A stretch of DNA of 63,991 bases, the filler included, from Perkinsus olseni (taxonomy: Eukaryota), in assembly GCA_013115125.1 (NCBI GenBank). It is 4 parts of 4 records of this genome, joined end to end, with 100 filler letters (N's around TTAATTAATTAA, not from the genome) between each part and the next. Parts side by side here need not be neighbours in the genome. Positions count along the whole stretch, not along the records: positions 1 to 16,971 come from JABANN010000659.1; positions 17,072 to 34,039 come from JABANN010000660.1; 2 more parts are not named here. One strand, written 5' to 3'. How positions within the stretch are numbered: position 1 is the first letter of the stretch; the number at the start of each line of letters is the position of its first letter. A program made the position numbers and the translations under genes. Shown here in pieces: positions 14,401 to 27,100 of the stretch. The notes below the pieces were generated by a model, which was not told where the DNA came from, did no database searches, and saw nothing but the letters and a program-made list of their open reading frames with translations.

Positions 14401-15089
14401 AGCGATACGTTCCTGGAGGAGGCGCGGAAACCTTCGTTCTGGTGACTCCGGCATCATCCTCTCCTTCCGATTTTGCTACCGCAGGAAACCTTCCTTCCGT
14501 TCATGATTCGGCTAAGAGTATTCTGGAGGGAGACCTGAGAACTTCTCAGGTCTCCCTCCAGAATACTTCTCAGTGAGAAGCCAGCTGATATCCCTGCAGA
14601 AGGCTGACTCTTCTACCCTTCTCCATGGTTGCTCGCTTCAAGCATGGCAGCTTACATCACGGCCAGAATGCTACGAACTGCCGCCACCGCTATCGATGCC
14701 CACCTCGGGCAAGGCATAGCAGGGATAACGAAGTAAACTGCTTTTCAGGTGATATTACCCCGGAGCCTACTCCGACCGTGGTCGGTACACCGGCCTCTCG
14801 TATAACAAGACTCGAAACCGGACGGGCCAAACCCTACCGGCCGGACCGGAGACACAACCACTGCAGGGCTGTTGCGAAACCCTGGTGTTGTCCGTCTCCG
14901 ACCCCTGCTTCCCTAAGCGACGACCAGAAGTCCAGCCGCGGAAGCTCAACCCAGTCTATCCTGCATCCTCACGTGATGCAGCGTACCGGGTAACCAACCC
15001 AACACTTTATTACAAGGAAAAGCATAATCACATCTCAGAAACAACCAACCATACGACTACCGTTGTCAAAGCGCCACTCAAAGTAATAC

Positions 15090-16225
15090 TCACTTCTTGG
15101 CCTTCGACGCTGCCGCATCCTTGGTGTTAGCCTTACCGCTTGGACTACTCGATCTCTCATGGAGGAACTGGCAATCGTCACCGAACGGGCAATGACCCTC
15201 GAGATACTTATAGCACAGTTTGCGCTTCCTCTTATTGCCGCCCTTCTGGGCCTTATTAGGCCTCGCATGATCGTTAGGAGAATCTTGCTGAGAGCGACCT
15301 CGGGAAGGTTCAGCGGTCCTTGTAAAATCCCTAGCGCTGAGCCTGGCATTCACTTTCAGCTGGGAGAACCGTGTGGTGTTATTGTAGCAGTCACGGAGCG
15401 AAATGCTGGTCTCGCTGTAGGCCTTCTCGACATATCTACGGAAGCTTTCATCGACCTCTGTGCCGTCTCCCAGCCATAAAGCGAGGCAACCTGAGCAACT
15501 CGAAAGTCGTAGCCTTGCAAGGTGAAGAGGTCGATATCAAGTTTACCCTCCACCCTGTTAGCCTTCGCATTAGCCAGGAACAAGGCCGTACAGAACTTAC
15601 TGTAACATTGAAGCCAGGATGCCTTCCCATCGGAGGCTTATTCTGGGTGGGAAGAGTCAGGCTCTGAGGAACGTCGTTGAGCGTGAAATCCAGCTTGAAC
15701 GCAGCTTCCGACGACGAACTGGACTCGGCACCACGGGTCTTGTTGCGCTTGTCTTCCAATAGATCTTTAGCAAAATCAATAAAGGTAGCGGGGTTATCGG
15801 CGAGGCGACGCCAGATCACTGCCGGGGGCAGGAGCTCCGGTGGGATAGAGTCAGTACCATAAATTTCTTTTAAAGTGTTGAGCTTAGCCCGCATCTGTGA
15901 CGCCCAGTCGGTCTCCCTCCTGGCAATAGGAACCTCTTTCTGGCCTTGCACAAGTCAACCTGGAAGTTAGCGTCAGTGACACATGACCGCAGAGAGGTGT
16001 TAACCAAGATCTTCCTTTCTGCCAGGGGCCCTCAGCGATACTCGTCGTCAGAGAATCCACGGACTCCTTGGTAAGTGATGATATTGCCATAACCTCGGTG
16101 ACTTTCTCGGCCTCCAGTGCTTGCATAACCCCCTGACACAGTCCTTCGTGGCCATCACAATACCGCTGGACGATCTTCTGCCGCTGCCTCTGACACTGGC
16201 ATAGGATGCGAAAAGAAGAGGACAC
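15090..16225 (-). pseudogene. Gag-like ORF1 of the DIRS/Ngaro element with a C-x7-C-x5-C-x3-H zinc finger
   Basis: Successive overlapping minus ORFs (15884-16225, 15448-15951, 15356-15583, 15090-15353) ending in LCYKYLEGHCPFGDDCQFLH. Confidence 0.7.
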
Positions 16226-16544
16226 GCCCGTAATGTCCTACCACCTCAACGTGAAGCCTCAATAGCAACCCATTAACCAACGCATCTCATTAGCGTGTGT
16301 TCGGCGGCACATCTCATCATGCGCGCGCCCGAACACAGCGCAGAAACACACACAGTAAGAACTCATCCCCTACACTTGCTCGTTTCACCCTCCGTACTTG
16401 AGAGGAACTCCATAGGAGCACCTATACTATACCAGCACCAAAAAATTGCGTGTTATCGCCTTCGCCATTGACTCAATGACATTGAGCTCATCCTGGTGTG
16501 CCTCGTAAAGTCTCAGGTACGAAATGAGTTGTTGGGCAAGAGGA

Positions 16545-16655
16545 TGCTGTACGTGTTTTTAGTCCACGGCTCAAAACTGTACGTCTGGAACCTGCACGGA
16601 TCAAGCGTCTATGAATTTAATTTTACGAATTGTCACTGTACAGAACGATCCTCGC
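16545..16655 (-). repeat. Degenerate inverted copy of the 15-bp CGTACAG array end
   Basis: ...ctgtacgtctggaacctgcacggatcaagc...ttgtcactgtacagaacgatcctc matches the reverse complement of 33667-33745. Confidence 0.75.
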
Positions 16656-16971
16656 TGCCCAGTGTTCAACTCCCCCTTATTAAGTGGCCCAGCCATGGGA
16701 AATCCTTATGAAAGCTGATGTCTAGACATCGATCCGGTCGACATGCTGATCCGTGAAAGTGTGGCTCTAGCATGCTCCCGTCATGCTTATTCGAGCTTCC
16801 GGCTCCGAGAGGCGGAACGTAGTTCAACATAAAGCAGATCCACGCATGAGCATCCTCGTGTCCTCTGCAATCTTTTCTGAAGCCAGCGTACTCTGTCACA
16901 GCTAAACTCGCCGCTCCGGGTGGCGTAGCGGATAAGCTCCTCCACGGCCCCCGGCCCAGATCGGAACATAT

Positions 16972-17071
16972 NNNNNNNNNNNNNNNNNNNNNNNNNNNNN
17001 NNNNNNNNNNNNNNNTTAATTAATTAANNNNNNNNNNNNNNNNNNNNNNNNNNNNNNNNNNNNNNNNNNNN
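16972..17071. other. Artificial contig linker (N-TTAATTAATTAA-N)
   Basis: 100-nt N spacer containing a six-frame stop linker; identical linkers at 34040-34139 and 51086-51185. Confidence 0.95.
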
Positions 17072-17130
17072 AATTGAACTCGGGACCTCTCGCACCCTAA
17101 GCGAGAATCATACCACTAGACCACACAGCC
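17072..17130 (-). tRNA. tRNA-Pro(AGG), 3' end truncated by the contig edge
   Basis: Reverse complement GGCTGTGTGGTCTAGTGGTATGATTCTCGCTTAGGGTGCGAGAGGTCCCGAGTTCAATT: typical eukaryotic tRNA-Pro body with an intact T-loop. Confidence 0.85.
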
Positions 17131-17211
17131 GTGTCTGAGCGGGTACTGGGTAGCTCTGGGGAGCAGTGACTGAGCTGAAAACTCTCCTCGCCTTGTAATG
17201 TGTTTGTATGA

Positions 17212-17283
17212 GGGCTATGCCGAGAATTGTATTCGAGACCTCTCGCACCCTAAGCGAGAATCATACCACTAGACCGCACAGCC
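17212..17283 (-). tRNA. tRNA-Pro(AGG), probable pseudogene (degenerate T-arm)
   Basis: 72 nt, GGCTGTGCGGTCTAGTGG...CTCGCTTAGGGTGCGAG...TCTCGAATACAATTCTCGGCATAGCCC; the B-box is mutated. Confidence 0.8.
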
Positions 17284-17366
17284 GTGTCTAGATGGGTTTA
17301 CTGGGTCGCTCTGGGCAGCAGTTACTGGGCTGGAAACTCCCCTCGCCTTGTAATGTGTTTGTATGA

Positions 17367-17438
17367 GGGCTGTGCCGAGAATTAAGATCGGGACCTCTCG
17401 CACCCAAAGCGAGAATCATACCACTAGACCACACAACC
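17367..17438 (-). tRNA. tRNA-Pro(TGG), probable pseudogene (degenerate T-loop)
   Basis: 72 nt, anticodon arm CTCGC-TTTGGGT-GCGAG; the T region reads CCGATCTTAATTCTCGG. Confidence 0.8.
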
Positions 17439-18176
17439 ATGTCTGTGCGGGTTTATTGGGTCGCTCTGTGCAGCAGTGACTGGGCTGGAAACTCCCCTCC
17501 CCGCATTTTTATCAGTGCATGTACTCTTGGTAGCAATCCTACGCAGGAGGATCGGCGTGAGCGAAATTACCACGCAGAACCTATGCGCACAAGAGGGGCT
17601 TGTGCGCGCCAAAGTTAACAAGAGACTTATGGTAGTGCAGTATAGTTCAATGCTAGAGCTAGCAAGGTGCTAGCACTAGAAACAGCCATGAAGTTATGGC
17701 TGTAATGATGGCGGATGCGAGCTTCACCCAGCCCTCCGCTCCCTGGATGTGGAGGTAGGATACTGGAGACTGCTGAGTCGACCCAGATTGGGTATGGAGT
17801 CTGGCAGCTCTCGTGTCCTACTGAACCGTGGTGGCCTCCAACTGATAGTTGGCACAGGAATTTCGCCTGGTGCGAAATCGGTTCACAGTCAAAAGCCTGA
17901 TGAGAATTTCGACCCACCTAACCTATGGTGGACTCTCCAGCGACGTCGTCTTCAGTTTCAGACTTCCAAATCGCAAATTCGCACATCTATCAACGTGCCT
18001 CGGTGAACAGGATCCCTGACGTTTGATTGGCCCTCCGATTTTGAACGGTTGGGTTCCTATTCGTTGGCGATCTGCCACTGAGCGTCTCAGAACGACAGAA
18101 CCTCTCTAGAAGTAATCCGAACACGCCGCCTTTAGCATCACTGTGCCCGTGCAGTCGGGGTAGTCTTTGCCATAAC

Positions 18177-21100
18177 ATGCTCATGTTGATCAGTTTCGTG
18201 ATTGCTACTCTCGCTGCGTTTCGTTGTCAAACGATAGTTCGTAGACTCATCTACGAAGGGGATGCGATGGCCTTTTTCCTTATCCCTGTTTGTGGCTAGG
18301 CCTCTTCTTTTTGTCGGCTCTTTGCCGTCTCAAGCCCCTTCCTGTCTGTGACTACAAGCACTTAACCGGACAATCATGCATGACTCTGTAGCTTCAGAGT
18401 GTCGTGGCGGACCACTTCGGTCTCTTGTAAAGCGGCTGGCAACATCGCCGTCATTGGCAATGTTGCTCGCCTCTTTCATAGCCTCAGTAACACCGTTGTC
18501 TGTAGCTGGTGTCAGCATCGCGAATAGCGACTATGAAGAGGTATTGGCTCTACGAGATGGAGGCATACTACACACAGTTCCTTGCAGATATCGGAAGACG
18601 TTAGCGATCTGTGTGAGGCTGTCGAGCTCGGTGACGGAACCTATTATCTCGTCGCAGCTTACAGAGGGAATGCTGTCGCGGTAAAGCGGATGGCTTCGGC
18701 TATCTACTGTATCGCTACGGTTTCATCCTCGTTCAGTTGGCCAGTAGGCGTTCGGGTTCGAAGCAGCCCTATGTTCGGTGCAAGCCCGTGAAAGAACCGA
18801 TCTACCGTTCATTCGGCGGGAAATTTGTGGTTCAAAGCACGTGCGGCCTCTCTACTGTCCGCTTTTACTTCAAGGACCAGCATGGAGCAGCAGACTTTGC
18901 TGTACTGTGGGGAGGCGTCACTACGGTAGGTCACTGACAGAGCCCCGCCGCCCTGATGATGCCAGGAATTGCGGCTATCTTGGAATTCTTCATCGGTCTG
19001 TGTTCAGGTGGAAATGGTCGAGGACTATCTATCGAAGTCACCTGTATTCAACTCTGCCTCTCTCGGTGAAAAGTTGAAGCTCGTGAAAGCTGCTGTCGAT
19101 CACTCTCCCGAACACTACTTCGCTACTCGCCGGACGCTAGAGGTGGCAGCCCAGGCCTTCCGAAGCACAGTCAATCAGCCCTTTCTTCAGTTCACTGTTG
19201 GAGGGGAGTCTGAGCCAATTTCTTTGGACTGTGATCGAGTTCGCGACCAGGGAACTTCCAAGAGGGGCTACTCCTCGGATGAAGGTGTCGAGCATGCCTG
19301 TCTTAGTCAGTCAGGCGTCATCGTCTGTGTATCGTCCTTCAGCTGGCTCCCAATTTACTGTGACAGTCGACTGTAATGAGGAAACTAAAGGGAAGGTCGC
19401 TCTGAGCATCCCTTTTGAGAAGAGCTACGTGGCGAGCGACTTCGCCGCTAGTTGGGGCTACTTCACCTATGCTGTAATCACGCTCCTTTGTAGTGGTCAT
19501 GACGATGGCCCGGTTCAGATACGAGTAAACGGTAGCAACGCAGATCCCGAGATCGAAGACATGCGGGTTGAGCTCAACCTAGATTCGAAGAGACCAAGAG
19601 AACGACTGATCACTGTAGGTTGACGGGTCATCATCCACCACAAGCAAGACTCTTGCGTGGCCTCTTCTCACCTGCTGTATCTGCCTCAGTACAACTCAGT
19701 GAAATACACCTGTGGCGCCGTATTCTTCGCTGATGAGACGGATGGCGGGTATTCTATGAAGGCCAATTGCGCTGAGATTGGCGTGTGGCAACGGCAAGAT
19801 ATGGAGTTCAAGTTCAAAGATGTTCGAGAGGGGCGAAGGATCGCCTATGAGCTCGGCGGCTATCGCGGGGTAGCGCGGCTGCCGCTTGCACGACTTCCCA
19901 CTCGGAAAGGTGGCCCTCTCTCAGGTTCGAAGCGAGCTTCTCACCAAAATCAAAGACGGCCGAGTCTTCGGAGAGAAGAGCAGCATCGCTAAAGTCATCA
20001 GAGCTTCGGGGGAAGTTAGTCTTGCTGATGCGGAAAACACTATCAAACAGAGACTCGAGGTGAGCAGCAGCAGCAGCAGCAGCAGCAGCAGGCCGATTGC
20101 ACTCCCACCGTCGTCGGCGGTAAAGTTAGCGGTTTAGATCACCTTCGAAGATGGCGAGACTAGGCCAATGCGGTGCATGCCTCTTGAAGGGACAAACGGC
20201 CTGCGAGCATCCTATGGGAACTTCCTGCTGCAAGCGAAATGCAGTGGTCTTTTCACTGAGCTCCTCTTCGAGGATGAAATCAGTATGATGGCCTTTGCTG
20301 TCGAGTGGGCTGGATATCGACCCATGGAGGTGAAACAAGACGTCGAGGCGGTCCGAGGATAACTCTTCAATTGCTAATCGTTCTCAGGAGGAGCTTCAAA
20401 TCGGCTTCCGTGACAGTGCAACCGAGGTACAGATTCAACCCAAAGGAGTTGATCTGGCGACAGCCTTCCCTCTCGGGATGGCTTACGCCGAGCGATGGGC
20501 CTCTTACCTGGACAGGAAGGATCGCAGACTTAAATCTAGGCGTATCTCGGTGCGGCCAGCACATGTGCCCAGCGAACAGAGCTACCGAGGAGCTGCCTTT
20601 CAGATCCACATTCCGTCGGCTTATATTCGTTTCACGGAGTCCTTCTACTGTCACCGTGTGAAAGAACCGGTTCACCCAGTTGAAGCCAGCAGTAATGGCG
20701 GGACCCAGTTCGGAGTCACCGCCTACTGTGGGCTCATCGGATATGACTTACGAGAGCCGGACGCGGGGAAGTGGGACTTGAAGGTGACCGTCGTGTTCAA
20801 GGATAGGAGCAGGGCTATGACGATGGCCAAGTGGTGGGGCGGCTACTGGGGGGTGAGTGGATGAACCTTGGTCGTGGTGATTCTAGAGGTGGAGCATTCG
20901 ATCGATTGTGTCAGATAAATGGGCGTGACTGCCATCAGCTGGATATCGATGGCAAGGCTGTTGCCGGGCCGGGAGACGCGATCATCGCTTCGGTCGAGAT
21001 AGACCCTTTCTTCAAGCCGCCGAAGATCGTTGGCAGCACCATTACGGTGAGACCTCGGGTTCAATTCCTGGTGACGACAACATCTCTACGATAAAATCGG

Positions 21101-24100
21101 ACTTTGGTGGTTCCCACATCAACGTCCACCATGGCTGCTTCTCAGGCCCCTGGCGGAAAGGACTACCCTTGTAACAGTGTTCAGCCGACTATCCGGTACT
21201 TCCAGAAGGACTATGAGCTTTCACTCGCCTGTGATGACAAGCCTTCAACTCTGCATTGCAAAAGCCGCAGCGGCTCCTCACAGTTCGCGATGCAATTTGG
21301 TCTGTTCAAGGAAGTGACGGTAAGTCCCGTCAAGGGAATACCCACGTTCATTCCCCCTTCTGTATCAGGTCGCCATGCATAAGAAGCTGCTAGACAGCTG
21401 CCCCGATCTGTGGGGAGATGGAGTTACCCAAGGATCGTATGGTGCTGCCGAGGCTATGTTACTGGTCAAGGACGGTGTGAAGGGCGTCGCTAATAGATGG
21501 GTTCAGGTAGGGTTATCTTTTCAAGCCTCTTGAGGATGATGATCCATAGAAATCCTGGTACTTTCTCATCATATCAGCGTGATTTGTTCTTACACCATGG
21601 GCCATCTGCCCGCCTCTTGACCTTATGATGGCGATGCATCGTCCGCCCGAAGTCCGTCACTCTTGCTCAGACCTCTACTGGCAGATCGGAGTCCTGTGAG
21701 CCGGTCGAGCCTCACATGATGTGGATTAATGGCAGGTAAGTGTTCCGATCCACAGATGCCTTTCTTTCCTAGATGAGAACGACTTGCCGTCAGATACGCG
21801 TTCTCAAGCCAGTGCGCAGGGAAGGTCACCAAAATGGGGTGCAGCAGTAAGGAATCCGCGGAAGACTTCGCCTGGGGATGGGGCGATACTGAGATTTCGG
21901 ACGTGAGAGGGACCCTAGCTGCTCGTTCTTCCGGCATCTGCGTTTATGGTTGTAGATATCCATCGCCGCTGATGTCATCAAGAAGTGCGAGGCCGTGGCT
22001 GTTGGAGAGTCCACAACTAGATTGCTCGGAGCAGCCTTTGACCCAGCTACTCAAAAGAGGACCATAATGGTGAGATTACGCATCACTCAGTGCTGCGAAC
22101 TCTATCGCCAACTTCACTGATCACTCCACACTCGAACCGCTATCAATCCTTCTTGTCGTTGACGTGGGCATCATTCTCCACTCTGTCAAGTCCTTGAGAT
22201 GGCGGCTGATGGAATTCGAGCCGGGCCTACTCTCTGTTGTGATTAATGGACTGACAGACTTCTGTTGATCGTGGTCGGGGATATTCTTACGAGTCTGCAT
22301 GCTCAACGTGATGGCATTCGTAGTGAAATTGGGAATCATATCCCGAAGATTTGAGACCTTCAGCATCACTACTACCGCGCCCGCCGTCTCAGGTATCCTC
22401 ATCGAAGAACCCGGTGTCATGCTCCGCTGTGGAGGAGGCCCCAGAAGACATGGACCTTCTTGGAGAGTACCACATCACCACCAAATGTGTTTCTCGAGAT
22501 GTCGTTATCAAGTGCACTGACCCGGGGGCTGCAGTGAAGCTGGCCCATCTATGGGGTTCTTATCCCAATCGAGAGGTGAGAGCAGTTGTTGACGTCTTTG
22601 CTGAGCGAGGTTTCCCTGGATTTCCTTAGATTCAAGTTAGCAAGGATTTACTGGCGAAATGCAGCGCTCCCTCTGGCACTCAGTCTCTTACTTACGAAGT
22701 AACCGAAGACGGGGAATGGAAAGGGACTCCTAGGTCTTGGGTAGGAGGGTATGGCGCGAACTGCTCAAAGCGATCGATCTGACAGGTCACCAAAGAACGG
22801 GGCCTCACCTGCAGCACCCCAGTACCCGACCTCAACTTCATCGGTGATGATATCCTAATCCAGACAGCTTGTGGTTCCGATGTGCTGAGGCTGAGTTGTG
22901 GTGGACTGGATGGTATGAAGGAGACTATGAGAATCGTCACACGATGGGGGGAGAATCCTAGCCCTAAGGTGAGACGGTCTACAAGAACAGTACAATGACA
23001 GTATCGCCGGTCAGGTCCTAATCAATAAGAAGGTCCTCGAGCGCTGCACAACGCTGACGAATGTGGGTGATGGTACACTCGAGTCGGCTTGGTTACGAGT
23101 CACCGGAGACGGCTCCCGAATCAGTAGATATTTATGGGTAAGAGGATCGGCAGAGCGGTCACCTCGGCAATATTTTCTGATAGTCTTGATCATTTCAGTC
23201 GGGCGAGCCCATCCGCTGTGATCATGGTGTGACGTCCCCTCTTGTACTGTCTGACGATAGCGTGAAGGTGAAGACACAGTGTGAAGGCGAGAAGGGCCCG
23301 GTGGCCATAAGTTGCCGCAGCGACTTTCCCGCCGTTAGAGAATTCGCGAAGAACTGGGGAGGATGGGATAGCGCAGTGGTGAGTGTCGACCTCGACCGAG
23401 CACGCCATTGGGCTCCAGTTCCTCCGAAATCACAGCGACATACCATAGTCACTGACGGGGCGCCTCTCGGAGCTAAGCCTTGCGGTACATCTGGAGAGCA
23501 TTGCACCCACGAACTTCGCCGTGGTTTGGATGCTCCTCTGGAATCGTCCCTGCTTGTATCAGATGCTATTGGACCCCAGCTTGTACTCCTCCTGTGCTGC
23601 TGAGAGACCTGGCGCTACCAGCGACCGAGAGAGGATCGCGGCTATCACTTACAACATTGACAGTCGTCACAGGAGTATCGTGGTAGGATGGGCACCCTGG
23701 TCTTTCTAACGCAAGTATAGTGAAATACGTGCGATGGTTTGAGTGGCTAGAATTGGATAGGCGAAACGAGTGTCATTTTAGTACCGACCCGGGAAGGGCG
23801 TATTCATAGACAATGCGCCGTCAATGCTACGGTCGAGTCGCGCGCTACCTGATCCGCTGCGTGTCATACTGAATCCTTGTTTTGCGCAGTTCCCGGACAG
23901 AACCCAGGAGACCTGTGCTAGTCCAAGCTCTCCTCCGGCGTTGGTTGTGGATGAAGATGATGCGTCATATCGTCTTCGAGTCCCCTGCAACAAGAAGAAC
24001 TACGTCGTCCTCACTTGCACGCTGCCCGGCAATGCTGTGGATGTGTCCACTTTCTTTGGCTATCGCACGAGAGAGGTGACTGCAACATTTAACGACACCT

Positions 24101-27100
24101 CACCATCGATGCACCATCTCCTCTGATATCCTTATGGCACTCTCAGGTTACCGTGCAGGAGGCAACTGAGTGTAAGTCGAAGTCTAGCGGCATGGCCCCT
24201 CTGCGGGCTTCTATCCACATCAATGCTGATGGTACAGCGGGTTCCCGGACGCTGGTGGGTGACCACAGCACCTCTATCGTATCGGAGCTCGGCGATCTCA
24301 GGTATGGCCCCCATCCTGGAAGCCTACGGTAGCCTCGGGGGAGAACGCGGGGGGAGAGGTAGGCGTTGTGTTATGGTATGTAGCAAAGGTCCGACCTTCC
24401 TAGGTGCGGTCGGATGACGATGAACCAGGACCACGGCCAGCTGATAGCAGCAGCAGCAGCAGCAGCAGCAGCTTCCTCGAACGACAATCGTCGAGTCCAC
24501 CTCGGCCTTCTGAGCGAGTAGCAGGGGAGTGCGTCATCGGAGATTATGGAAAATGTTTGTGTCAGGTGGTGAGGCGAGAGGTCGTGGACAGCGAGGAAGA
24601 CCCCGTGTATAGAGACTGGCACTTCTGGGTTGAAGTTGAGTTCAAAGCCACCTCGGCTGAATGTGAAGATGCGGAATGCATCGTCTATGACCATCTCAAC
24701 TGCGGCGATGTTGCGACAACACTATATGTGTCCAAGTGGTGGATCGGCAAGACCGATGCCAGAGTCAGTTATCTCGAGCTTCCTTGATTCCTCTCTGCAT
24801 CTACTTAGCCTGTAGGTGAGGATCGATGATCCGATCATGGAGCACTGTGGAGGGCCTGTAGGAGCGTCGAGAGTTGTAGCACAGCGAGAGTTGCCGGTGA
24901 GTTCTCATCATCTCCTTTCCCCTAGGATAACCGACATTGGCTCCCTCCTCAGTACGACGCTGATAGCCCACTTGACTGTGACGCCGTGACGAAGCCAATC
25001 ATGATGGGTGGCAACGGTGGCTACGTTGTAACGGCCGACTGTGGCCCTAGGAGGGATGTGGTAACCCCCGTGACCTGTGATGGACTCCAATGGGCACAGC
25101 TCTTCGCTCATGGCTGGGGAGATATGGACAAAGCCGGGGTACGCTCGGCGTAAATCGTGGATCACGGGGGAAGCCCTCGTCATTGTCTCAGGTTGGTCTG
25201 CCCGCTGATGTGATTGAGAGCTGCAAGCAGGGGTCGATAGGCGAGGATGAAGTTGAGCTCACTGGAGCCTTTTACGATGACGAGTCCCGGCATCTAACGG
25301 TGGGGAGGAGCTCGTTCGAATACCGTCGGATATCTTCTCTGATTTCTCGCCTGGCAGTTCGCCACGATGGAAGCTCCACTGGAGTGCGGTGTAGTGACGG
25401 AAGCTCCGGAAGACATGGACAGAGTAGACGAGTTCCACGTGAAGATCAACTGCGGAGGGGAGGATGCGGTGATTCTCAAATGCGAGGACCCTGGCAGTGC
25501 TGTACGAATGGCCCATCAATGGGGGAAGTATCCGAAGCAAGAGGTGCGACCAGAATGGTGATTCAGCGTTGTGATGGTGCGACGAGGGTCAGGTGCAAGT
25601 GAGCACAGAGTTGCTGCTACAGTGTGATGATCTGCCGGGTGGTCAAATTGTGAACGACCTAACCTACGACGTCAGCATGAATGGAACATGGCAGCAGACT
25701 CCGAGGCATTGGGTCAGTCCACACGATCCGCGGTTTATTCGCGTCAGCTGCGTGAGTTGATGGCCGCTTGTTGATGAGGTTGCTGGTCAGGGCGACGCTG
25801 TTTGCACGACACCAGTACCTGATCTGGTTTTCCGAGGTGATAGAATTTACATCACTACTGGATGCGGCGGAGCGAAAGAGGAACTCTCCTGTGGCGGGCT
25901 AGAGAGGGTTGGCCCCATGCTAAGGATTGCTGCTCGCTGGGGCGAGCACCCCAACCCCAAAGTATCTCTCTGTTGGCTCTGTCCTGCTCGCTATCCCCTT
26001 CCCTTAGATCATGATAGACCCACCGGTAGTGGGTGAGTGCAGGGATGTGCAGAGCTTGAAGGGAGGCGCTTTAAAAGAGGCTTGGATCACAGCTGCCACC
26101 GACGGCGAAGTCACGAGCAGATATCTCGAGGTGCGTTCCGCTTCTACCGACTAAGACCAGAAAAGGGAGTTCTGGAAGTTGCCGTTTTCCCGCTTTCAGA
26201 CCACTGACGCGTATAACTGTGACAGTGGTGTGAAGGAAGCACTGGTCATGGCCGGAGATGCCGTTAATGTGAAGACCCAGTGTAGCGGGGTCCAGGGAGA
26301 CGTGGTCATCCAGTGCGGATATGGTGGCAGTGCTGTGGAGTTCGCCAAGAACTGGGGAGGCTACAATGCTAGTGCCTTGGTAAGAGGGAGGTCTGGTGTG
26401 GTCCCATGGGAGTCGTCCCGTGGTCCTCTGAGTACAAGCAGAGCCACCGGTGAGGCGTATAAGGGCTGTGCCTGGAATCGGACGTGGTGCAAATAGCATG
26501 CTATATAGCACATCCCTCTCCCGCCGCTCGGTTGAGCGAGAAGCACACCACTGGGGCACGCAGCCGTGATGGTGAAGTTGGGTCATTCGCGGGAAGTTGG
26601 CGAGCGCGTAGCACCCGAGGAATGGACCACTCGTCTGTGATGAGCGGTAGAGCTCGGGCACGTGTCAAATACTAAGTCAATCGCTCAGAACATCGAGGTG
26701 TACGATTTCAGTTCTCCCTCGATCCGTCGAAGTTCGATTCTTGCAAAGTGAAGCGGTCAGAGGAGTATGAGGACATTACTGCCGTTCTCTACGACCATGT
26801 TCACAAGGCGAAGATGCTACAGGTGCAGTCGGGACCCCAATTTATCCGCACACTCCCTCCCTCCGCCGTGAGGATATGATGTAGACGACGCTCTCGGTCG
26901 GTATATGACTATGAGGACACGAGATAGTTTTCGCTCATGAGAATAGATTTTCATCCCTTTCACAGTCTAGGGGCAATCTCATGTCTCTCAGTTCGAAGAC
27001 GCTTCGTCAGAGGTTTGCAAGTCGACCAGTACCACGCCTCCGGTTGTCGTGGTGAAGAAGGGCTCCACTACTGCCATCTATCGTTTCAACTTGGATTGCT

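Larger units (their letters stand above)
11012..16225 (-). mobile_element. Decayed DIRS/Ngaro-type tyrosine-recombinase retrotransposon (gag-CCCH, RNase H, YR)
   Basis: Minus-strand order is gag-like ORFs with a CCCH finger (16225-15090), DIRS-type RNase H (IMTDASLG...DIVTLELSAV, ~12585-12231), then tyrosine recombinase (12158-11012). Multiple frameshifts; termini not identified. Confidence 0.8.

Noticed and set aside
16420-16440. TGGTGCTGG (minus) as a primer-binding site for an LTR element
   Set aside because: No adjacent LTR found, and DIRS elements do not use tRNA primer-binding sites.
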